Positions 57,052 to 64,000 of a DNA stretch of 64,000 nt are shown here, one piece after another; positions within the stretch are counted from its first letter, which is position 1; the number at the start of each line of letters is the position of its first letter. The stretch covers positions 39,909 to 103,908 of the forward strand of contig CAZQKX010000002.1 of NCBI GenBank assembly GCA_964594065.1, in the 5' to 3' direction. The translations under genes and the position numbers were made by a program. Below the pieces are notes generated by a model that was not told the DNA's origin, did not search any database, and saw only the letters and a program-made list of their open reading frames with translations. Source of the DNA: an uncultured Pirellulales bacterium. Its GTDB lineage: Bacteria > Planctomycetota > Phycisphaerae > Sedimentisphaerales > Anaerohalosphaeraceae.

Positions 57052-58401
57052 AACACATTGCTTCAAAAAAGTTATATGCCGACGTTATCGCCAATCATTG
57101 CTATTGTCTGTTACACTCTGACAGGGATTGGGTTATGCAAATTTTGGGATGTCAGGGGGAAATTGAGATGGATGGTCGTCGCCCTGTGGAGCCTGCACCC
57201 TTATCTTTTAGATGCATATAATTTCAGGATCGCAACGGTTAATCTCGCGATCGTATATCTGATCACGATTGTCGCTCTTTCACTGGTGCCAAAAGGAAAG
57301 AGGGCATTTGTTTTAGCGGTAGTGGTGTTTTACCTTGCACTTTCGATCTATCAGGTTGTTATCGGATTTGCAATTTCTGTGATTATGATACAGCTTTTAT
57401 TACAAAGCTATCGTAACAATTTTTCTTCTGAGTCATTGAAAGAAGGGGCAAAAACATTCTACAGCTATGTACTCATGCTTTTCTGTTCGCTTGTTGTGTA
57501 TGCGGTTTTAACCAAGGCGATTTTGATGGCCTTTGATATTCAGGTCAATTCTCGGCTCCAGGCCGGATTTATCACCAGTTTCGACCAGTTGTTTGTGAAA
57601 ATATGCTGGTTGATGACAATGCTGATACTTCGCCTGTCACCCATTAAAGAATTTGTTTTACCGGCAGTCGGCAAGTGGCTGATTTTTGTAATTATTGTCG
57701 CCGCGGTGATTTCCGTCTTCAAAAGGGGGGGCAAAAAACACAAGGCATTACCGGCGATTTTGTGGGTTTTTCTGATTCCAATCGGAGCGGTTTCTTTCAT
57801 GATTCCTTTAGCGAATTGGAATATACCATGGCGTATGTGTATGGGATTGGTTGTCTTTTTTGCGGGGATGTTTGCTTTGACACAGGAATCATGTTCGGCT
57901 GCTATTCGCAGAATCGCATTTATCGCAGGGGGTATTCTCATTGCTTATTTCATCTGCTCCAACAACACTATGATCTATAAACAGTCTCTGTGCAATCAAC
58001 GAGACATGTTGATGGCAAACCGGATCGTTACGAAAATACAATCCTTAGACCAGTATCAGCCGGGTATGGAACTGGCGATTGTCGGGAGACTTGAAAAAGG
58101 TCCTCAATTTGATAATACGGAAAAGAAATCATGGGAATATGTCAGGAAGTTCGTTAAGTACCAAAGCGAGAAAAGGTATTCGATAACTCGTAGTGCTTTT
58201 GAGACAGATTTGAGTAAGTATTCTATTTTATTGAACTATATGCAAGTTGATTTTCAATCTTCAGACAAGGCGGGTATAGAGAAAGCTCGGCAATGGTCCA
58301 TTGGGCGAAAATCCTGGCCGGACCCGTCATCGGTGTTTATTCAGGAGGATCTGGCTGTCGTGGTTCTCTCGCCGTATACCGATGAGCAGCGAGATATTTA
58401 A
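56857..58401 (+). CDS. Polytopic GT-C-type glycosyltransferase candidate (GtrII-like)
   Basis: About 12 TM helices with an acidic loop-1 motif YAVDDYGSLF...HGRWFAGFIY and a soluble C-terminal domain of about 130 aa. I prefer the ATG at 56857 (MEQIKRKF); the track TTG at 56821 is an alternative. The family call is from memory. Confidence 0.7.
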   Translation: MEQIKRKFIEAYQEWGRTFWICVVLNLLAFSGYIIHLTYAVDDYGSLFSNVSHIAHGRWFAGFIYNTLLQKSYMPTLSPIIAIVCYTLTGIGLCKFWDVRGKLRWMVVALWSLHPYLLDAYNFRIATVNLAIVYLITIVALSLVPKGKRAFVLAVVVFYLALSIYQVVIGFAISVIMIQLLLQSYRNNFSSESLKEGAKTFYSYVLMLFCSLVVYAVLTKAILMAFDIQVNSRLQAGFITSFDQLFVKICWLMTMLILRLSPIKEFVLPAVGKWLIFVIIVAAVISVFKRGGKKHKALPAILWVFLIPIGAVSFMIPLANWNIPWRMCMGLVVFFAGMFALTQESCSAAIRRIAFIAGGILIAYFICSNNTMIYKQSLCNQRDMLMANRIVTKIQSLDQYQPGMELAIVGRLEKGPQFDNTEKKSWEYVRKFVKYQSEKRYSITRSAFETDLSKYSILLNYMQVDFQSSDKAGIEKARQWSIGRKSWPDPSSVFIQEDLAVVVLSPYTDEQRDI

Positions 58402-58443
58402 CATTTTACGAAATGCAAAAAATGAGTCTACATTCGACAGCTG

Positions 58444-60396
58444 CTATTTTAGGTCACTCGGAGCAATAATACGGAAGCGGCCTTTTTCTGAAGTAAATAT
58501 TTCCTTAAGATCCGGGCTGTCTGTAGAAATTGCAATGTTATCATCCCGCACGACGACTAAAAGCTGGTGTTGTGTAAGGTAAGCGATGACTTCCTCCTCG
58601 GTTAGGGATTGTTGGTGCCCAAAAATGTTTTGTACGATTTGCTGCCTTCGGGAAAATTCCTGCTCATCATAGCCATGCATTTCTTTGATGCGCGATACAG
58701 TCATTTCGTAACCCGGTAGTTTTTGGCCATTATCAAATCCGACCCAAAGTGATCGCTGCGCGTAAACGGGAATTTTGGTTTCTTTATCCAGGAAAAAGGT
58801 GTTCATTGAGGAGTTCTTCCTGATCCATCTGTACATTGCATTTTCCTCGAGATCTCTGCTTTCCAGGCAGGTTCCATTCTCGTAATAGGGAGCGACATGA
58901 TCGATATCAAAAATGTTTCGAGGGGACGATTCGAACTGCCATCGGCACAGTTTCAGTGACGGCAGAGCCAGAATGAAAAACAAACCCAATGCCAGCCATT
59001 TTGAGTAATATTTTATTCGACAAAAGGCAATTCCTCCAATAATTCCAAAAGGCAGCAGGCTCAATAACAGAAATTTATATTCAACGCGAGCAGGGAAGCT
59101 GGAAAGCAAATAACAGGCCATATTGGACAGAAATAAACTTACCAGAAGGCATAGGTTTCGGCGATTGAGATTGTCGGCCAGGTATTTTCTAAAAAAGATA
59201 ATAATGGAAAGTGACAGAGAAACCGGAACAAGAAAGTTGAGACTATTACGAAAAAAATTCGACAGATTGAAAAACTCAACTTCCCAAAAGCCTCCGGAGG
59301 AAGAGATTTGCCTGAAATAGGGCAAAACGGCTAATACTGATATAATGGTCAGAACGAATAATGTCACAAAAGTCCGGCCGAATGCCCGGAAATCTTCACT
59401 TTTATATTGAGTTAGCCAAAACAGGGCAATGACACCAACCCAGGCAAGAATGCCCGGCCCAAAAGCGGCATAAAAGAATAAACTGCCGGTTGTTCCCAGG
59501 AGAATGAGAAAGCTGGAAAAAACGCTTTTTTTCTTTTCAAAAAGCTTCATTGTGCCATAGACCATGAGAAGAAAAAAAACAAGGCCTAACGGAATACCGT
59601 TATTGTTATGAAATTTGTTAAGAAGAGGAAAAGCTCGGGGCTCTCCGGTGTAAAATGGAAAGAAACCATGTATTTTTTGCATTGTACTGCTGGTAATAAG
59701 TGTCCCGCAGTAAATCGTAAAAACCGCGGAAAAGATGTTTATTTTTGGGTCATCGATCAACAGGCTCGAGATTTTGTACAAGAGCCACAGACAGCTTGCA
59801 AGTGACAAAACATTGATAATACCAAAAGAACTGAAGGGAGTTATGTTCAGTATTTTGGATAAAAAAGCAGCGGCCCAGGGATAACCCCATTGGTAGTGGA
59901 GAACCTCATCTCCAAATAGAGGATCTAAGGGAGGGCAATTGCCATTCATGATTTGGTAGACAACTTCTGCCCTGAAGAACGTATGAATAGAAGTTACTTT
60001 CATCTCAAAGTTATAGAGATACAAAAGAGCGGTCACCATGCAGCAGATAACGATAACCCACATCGGGTGCAGTTTTTTCTCAGAGAAAAAGAAGCGATAC
60101 AGGAATATGAAACCTGAGACTGTAAATATAGCCAACAGTGACCAAAGCATAAACAGGTGAAGTGCAATATCCTTCTTGATGGCCAGATAATGTTCTAACG
60201 GATATTCATGTTGAATGAGTTGATTGAAGAAGGGTAGTGAACGTTGTTCATAAATTGACCGGACGAAGTCATCCCCTGCCCAGGCAAATAAAATAAGGCA
60301 GGGGATCAGGACCAGGGAAATCGCAGAAAAACCGATCAGCAAAACCCGTTCAAGTCGGCTTAAGAGACTGTATTGATAAAGAAACAGTTTTTTCAT
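58444..60396 (-). CDS. Polytopic membrane protein, GT-C (ArnT/PMT)-like candidate, with a soluble C-terminal domain
   Basis: 650 aa with 12 or more TM helices. Loop-1 is LDPLFGDEVLHYQWGYPWAAAFLSKILNITPFSSFGIINVLSLASCLWLLY. It is AT-rich (19/60 G+C at 59521-59580). It starts 17 nt after the stop of the 984-aa gene. Confidence 0.65.
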   Translation of the reverse strand: MKKLFLYQYSLLSRLERVLLIGFSAISLVLIPCLILFAWAGDDFVRSIYEQRSLPFFNQLIQHEYPLEHYLAIKKDIALHLFMLWSLLAIFTVSGFIFLYRFFFSEKKLHPMWVIVICCMVTALLYLYNFEMKVTSIHTFFRAEVVYQIMNGNCPPLDPLFGDEVLHYQWGYPWAAAFLSKILNITPFSSFGIINVLSLASCLWLLYKISSLLIDDPKINIFSAVFTIYCGTLITSSTMQKIHGFFPFYTGEPRAFPLLNKFHNNNGIPLGLVFFLLMVYGTMKLFEKKKSVFSSFLILLGTTGSLFFYAAFGPGILAWVGVIALFWLTQYKSEDFRAFGRTFVTLFVLTIISVLAVLPYFRQISSSGGFWEVEFFNLSNFFRNSLNFLVPVSLSLSIIIFFRKYLADNLNRRNLCLLVSLFLSNMACYLLSSFPARVEYKFLLLSLLPFGIIGGIAFCRIKYYSKWLALGLFFILALPSLKLCRWQFESSPRNIFDIDHVAPYYENGTCLESRDLEENAMYRWIRKNSSMNTFFLDKETKIPVYAQRSLWVGFDNGQKLPGYEMTVSRIKEMHGYDEQEFSRRQQIVQNIFGHQQSLTEEEVIAYLTQHQLLVVVRDDNIAISTDSPDLKEIFTSEKGRFRIIAPSDLK

Positions 60397-60413
60397 GTAT
60401 ATAAACGTAACGT

Positions 60414-63368
60414 TTATTTTGAAGAATTATTCATTTCTTTAGCAGTCATTTGTTTAACAGTCATCAGCCATTTATCAAACTCAAAACCGTCTTCACGCAT
60501 TGAGAACTGGATCAAATGCGGCCCCGGCTTTTCGATATCGAGAAAGATCTTATAGGGTACGCCGCAATGAACCTTTTCTGTTCGCTGTTTACTTTCCCAT
60601 CGCCAGGATTTCTTGCCTTCACACCATTGAAGGCGGGCTCCGGATTCGGGCCATGTTCCGTCAATACCAACGTGCAGGCCGTTATCTTCTGATCCGGTGG
60701 AGTATGCCCGAACCCAGACATAATAGCGTCCCGGAGTATTGATGACGACTGGATACGACAAGATCGCCATCTTTCCCGGTATATTGGAGAAATTCACTCC
60801 ACCGGTGAGTTTGTCGGCGTGTGTACGTCGTGTGTCGGGAAGATTTTCAATATAGGCGCCGCCGGAAGCATCAGCTGCATGGCTGGGATCGCCGTCAGGT
60901 TGAATACCGGGTACGCTTTCTGCGGTCGTAATATACCACTGTCGCAGGTCGGTCTTTTCCTGCCCCGCGAAATGCTCAGCCTCAACCTCCAGTAAGCCGT
61001 CAGTTTCTTTGAAAATTTGTCCCTTGTAGAGTGATTCAATGATCTTGCCTTGTGGCTTCGGCTTAGCGGCTGATACCGGTTCCAGTGTCAGATCGGTCCA
61101 TCGCCCGCGGGAGTAACCAAAACTGTCACCCTCGGGCTTTTTCTTATTGGAGACAGAATTGAAGCGAACCTTTAAGGTGTCCCCTTTTTTCAGCTTGACA
61201 TTCTGCCATGTTGTTGAAGATTTTGCGTAATCAGTTGTTGTGGGAGGATTGGTATATGTGCCGACAGATGTATCATTGACAAGCAGTTCATAAGCAGATT
61301 CGCCATCGGTTTCAGTGAGAGTGTTCAGGGTGATATTATAGGTTTCCGTTGGGCCGTTGAAAGCCGTTTTGGCGGTTGCAAAGACGTCCTTATGCTGGGC
61401 GGCATTGACGGCCAGCGCCTTGTGGTTCATGTCTTTATAAGCCTGGTTACTGACATCTGTGAAATCCTGAACAGCACGCAGTCTGATACCAGTATAAGAA
61501 TCTGTGTCGGCAGCAGCTTTCGGAGCTTTTGGCGCAGGCTTTGGCTTTTCAGATTGAGTGACTTTACCCCCATCTTTGGAGCGGATTACCAAGAGCCAGT
61601 CTTTGTTATCCGGGGCCGTAAAAGTAAATTTTTTCGGGCCGGCAATTGCCTTTTTATTGAGTAGTGCATCAGCGCCTTCGCCGGTGCGGGGATTGAAATA
61701 TCCATATTCAAATTTTCCGTCGGACAAATCAAGCTTTAATGGGCCCCCTTGCTTTTGATAGATCAGATAAATCTGCCCATCTTTGATAAAGCAGTAATCA
61801 TTCTTCTGCCAGGTTAGATCATCTTTACATTGCATCTGCCAGAATGGGATATCCTGCTGGTCGAAGAACTGCAGAGCGTAGCGGCATTGGTCCCAGAAAT
61901 CATCACGGCTGCGGAAATCCTGACAGGTCAGGTCGCTGTGGTCGTGCTGGTATCCAAAGTAATATTCACATCCCCAACCACCGGCCATCAGGTTTCCCCA
62001 GAGGGCATTCATGCGGCCGTCATTATGAGTCGGGTCGTCTTTATCCGGTACCAGCGAGTGTCCCGCATCACCGGGTTCGTCACAGGCGATAGCCCAGAGC
62101 TTGCCGGCTTTGACCGATTCATTAATGAGACGAAGGGTTTGGCTATGAACCCGACTGAAATCCGTTTTATTGGTCTGAAGCGAGATGCCGGTAATTTTCG
62201 ACTGATCGCCGGAAAGATCATCGAACCACCGGCCGTTATGAATGACAATATGGTGACGATAGGGATCGTGATCCCAGAAGTACTGAGCCATCGCGCGGCG
62301 CTGGGCAGTGGATTGCTCTTTCTTTTTGTGATTGGGTCCCCAACTGCCGTTTTCTTCGCCAAGATTCCAGTTTAGGGCCAGGTGATGTCCGAATCGCGCA
62401 ATAAGCTGGCGATAGTAAAGTTTACGCTCGACGCCGACTTCACCATTGTCGTGCCATGTTTCGTTTTCGGATTCCTGTGTCTTAAAGTGAAGAAACAGGC
62501 CCAGACTTTGGCCGTGTTCAAAGACGATTCCCCACTGGTCCAGCCGCGATACATCAAACCGGAACTTTTCAGTATAACTGGTATATGGAAATACATTGCG
62601 GTCGTCGCCTTCGATGTTGAATGTCAAAAAAGAGAATGCGTTCAGGCCTTCAGAAGCCAGATAGTTCAGTGCGCCGATCAAGCCCTTTCCCTTGCCTTTT
62701 TGCCAGGTTGGATCGCCTTTTTTCCAATCCTTCACATGGGCATCCCATGTCTTGATAAAATTATCTTTATGACCATCTGTCTTAAAATCCCCATCAAAAT
62801 CTGCATAGGCTAGCAGGTTCTCCGGCGCATCGGTTCCCTCTTTAAGAAAATATTCTTTTGTCTCCGCAAATTGCAGATAGTGACCTCCGACATAATTCAA
62901 TCGACCCCGTGCGCGAAAGTCCGGAGCCTTCTTATTACTTTTCCTGATATTGAACGTACCCTTTTTGCCGTCCATGTATCCAGCCGATTCGCCGGCTTTG
63001 GCATCATCACTGACTGCGATCTTATCACCTTTGCGGAATGATGCTGTCCACTTCCATTTTCCGGTTTGGTCGGGCGAAAAATGAACACGCCATTTATTAC
63101 CTGCCTCAGCACCGGTATCGGCAGCTTTGCCATCGGCAGCATAGTACCCCGGCACAAGATATGTCTTGCCGGTTTTAGTATGTGTGAAAGTAACGTTAAG
63201 CCGGTAGTCAGTAAACGGATTCGGCGTTGCGGCTTCGCTGGTTTTCGGTCCATTAAAAGTCAGAGTAACAGCGTGCCATTGTTTGCGTTCTCCCGTGATT
63301 TTGGCTGCTGAGGCCGACATGGAAATTATTATTGTCATTGCTAAGAATACAAATGTTTTGTGTTTCAT
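60414..63368 (-). CDS. Secreted DUF5060 + GH5-like (DUF4038-type) glycoside hydrolase candidate with C-terminal carbohydrate-binding-like domains
   Basis: Signal peptide. The N-terminus is WHAVTLTFNGP...NPFTDYRLNVTFTH..GKTYLVPGYYAADG...NKWRVHFSPDQTGKWKW, the DUF5060 pattern from memory. A TIM-barrel-like core and two beta-rich C-terminal domains follow. Confidence 0.7.
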   Translation of the reverse strand: MKHKTFVFLAMTIIISMSASAAKITGERKQWHAVTLTFNGPKTSEAATPNPFTDYRLNVTFTHTKTGKTYLVPGYYAADGKAADTGAEAGNKWRVHFSPDQTGKWKWTASFRKGDKIAVSDDAKAGESAGYMDGKKGTFNIRKSNKKAPDFRARGRLNYVGGHYLQFAETKEYFLKEGTDAPENLLAYADFDGDFKTDGHKDNFIKTWDAHVKDWKKGDPTWQKGKGKGLIGALNYLASEGLNAFSFLTFNIEGDDRNVFPYTSYTEKFRFDVSRLDQWGIVFEHGQSLGLFLHFKTQESENETWHDNGEVGVERKLYYRQLIARFGHHLALNWNLGEENGSWGPNHKKKEQSTAQRRAMAQYFWDHDPYRHHIVIHNGRWFDDLSGDQSKITGISLQTNKTDFSRVHSQTLRLINESVKAGKLWAIACDEPGDAGHSLVPDKDDPTHNDGRMNALWGNLMAGGWGCEYYFGYQHDHSDLTCQDFRSRDDFWDQCRYALQFFDQQDIPFWQMQCKDDLTWQKNDYCFIKDGQIYLIYQKQGGPLKLDLSDGKFEYGYFNPRTGEGADALLNKKAIAGPKKFTFTAPDNKDWLLVIRSKDGGKVTQSEKPKPAPKAPKAAADTDSYTGIRLRAVQDFTDVSNQAYKDMNHKALAVNAAQHKDVFATAKTAFNGPTETYNITLNTLTETDGESAYELLVNDTSVGTYTNPPTTTDYAKSSTTWQNVKLKKGDTLKVRFNSVSNKKKPEGDSFGYSRGRWTDLTLEPVSAAKPKPQGKIIESLYKGQIFKETDGLLEVEAEHFAGQEKTDLRQWYITTAESVPGIQPDGDPSHAADASGGAYIENLPDTRRTHADKLTGGVNFSNIPGKMAILSYPVVINTPGRYYVWVRAYSTGSEDNGLHVGIDGTWPESGARLQWCEGKKSWRWESKQRTEKVHCGVPYKIFLDIEKPGPHLIQFSMREDGFEFDKWLMTVKQMTAKEMNNSSK

Positions 63369-63520
63369 AATGCCTCCTGAAAAAGTATATTTTATCTGAC
63401 AATTTCAATTTAAACGGTTAAAAAACACGATTCAATCCTTTTGGCACAAGCGTTCTCATCCTTTTTGCTTTCCCCCATTGGGTTTTCCAAATCAGAATAG
63501 CAAAACTTTTTAATAAACAT

Positions 63521-63565
63521 CCACGGGCCCTATACTATCAAATTCAAAAATATTTGCACGGATTA
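63521..63565 (-). promoter_or_regulatory. Conserved 44-nt upstream element, copy B
   Basis: The reverse complement is AATCCGTGCAAATATTTTTGAATTTGATAGTATAGGGCCCGTGG, about 150 nt upstream of the ATG at 63368. It matches 35018-35061 at 36/44 positions. Confidence 0.5.
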
Positions 63566-63763
63566 ATTTGATGAATTTAGATTTTTATGGCCTTAAAATG
63601 TACAGAATAATGCCGGTTTTTTGATGTAAATGCGTCCTTTATGAACTATAATGTAAATTGAGTGGGTTGGACGGTCGCCGGATTGAAAGACATCCATCAG
63701 AAAAGTCTGAGCGAAGTGGGGGGCAGAAAGAATTTCGCCGATCACATTGAATTGAAAAGATAA

Positions 63764-63791
63764 TAAAAAAAGCCGGTTTTCAGGCCGGCTT
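63764..63791 (-). terminator. Rho-independent terminator for the partial gene at the window end
   Basis: The minus strand reads AGCCGG-cctgaaaa-CCGGCT followed by TTTTTTT, about 30 nt after the stop at 63820. Confidence 0.7.
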
Positions 63792-63819
63792 TGTGTTTTT
63801 ACATCATTTTTAAAGATGG

Positions 63820-64000
63820 TTATTTTAGACGGAATACCTCGGTCCTGGCGACAGTTCTTTCCGTTTTGCTGATCTCAAACTTAAGGCCCAAATCTTCATA
63901 TCTCAGAACGTCGGTTTGACCTTGCCTAACCTGATATTCATAGTTCGTTCCAAATGCTTCAATAACCTGCTGCTGAGAATCGCCGACCCGGATTCCGTTG
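63820..64000 (-). CDS. 3' end of a hypothetical gene (5' part outside window)
   Basis: The minus-strand frame reads ...NGIRVGDSQQQVIEAFGTNYEYQVRQGQTDVLRYEDLGLKFEISKTERTVARTEVFRLK-stop (TAA at 63820-63822). It is below the ORF-track length cutoff. Confidence 0.55.
   Translation of the reverse strand, partial: NGIRVGDSQQQVIEAFGTNYEYQVRQGQTDVLRYEDLGLKFEISKTERTVARTEVFRLK

Noticed and set aside
50711-60396. Mobile-element boundaries (integrase, transposase, tRNA attachment site, terminal inverted repeats) for the AT-rich glycan island.
   Set aside because: I found none by eye. The only repeats are the internal about 200-nt direct repeats. Calling the island horizontally acquired therefore rests on composition alone and remains an inference.

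Overview
64-kb chromosomal segment with about 55 protein genes. I found no rRNA, tRNA, CRISPR array, transposase or integrase. Most of it is housekeeping. This includes a recO / CNNM-CBS / ybeY / HD-7TM / phoH operon and cdsA-uppS-purA. It also has pgpA, ilvD, a short murC-murB-ddl-ftsQ block, pcm, bioA-bioD and nadB. Two ECF sigma/anti-sigma pairs and several large secreted beta-helix or glycoside-hydrolase-like proteins are also present. The gene content and small dispersed palindromic repeats suggest a PVC-group (Planctomycetota/Phycisphaerae-like) organism, but that is only a low-confidence inference. The strongest candidate for something undescribed is an AT-rich glycan-modification island (about 50.7-60.4 kb). 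It is organised like the Arn/Gtr lipid-carrier pathways (ArnC-like GT2 plus polytopic GT-C-like proteins plus an acyltransferase-3). Its sugar-tailoring enzymes, however, are WecE/WecD-like (dTDP-4-amino-4,6-dideoxyhexose N-acetylation). It also carries a 2-kb cassette bounded by about 200-nt direct repeats that left a truncated gene copy. Other candidates are listed below.
- An 856-aa protein fuses a degenerate ABC1/UbiB-like kinase fold to about 10 TM helices, among phospholipid genes.
- A PadR / DUF1700-like sensor / S41 protease module shares one Ig-like ectodomain in three copies.
- An in-frame GC-rich palindrome sits inside the recO zinc finger.
- Three families of small palindromic repeats occur in intergenic spacers.
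- A 44-nt motif is shared upstream of two secreted glycan-enzyme genes.
All family names come from motif recognition by eye and need HMM or structure confirmation.
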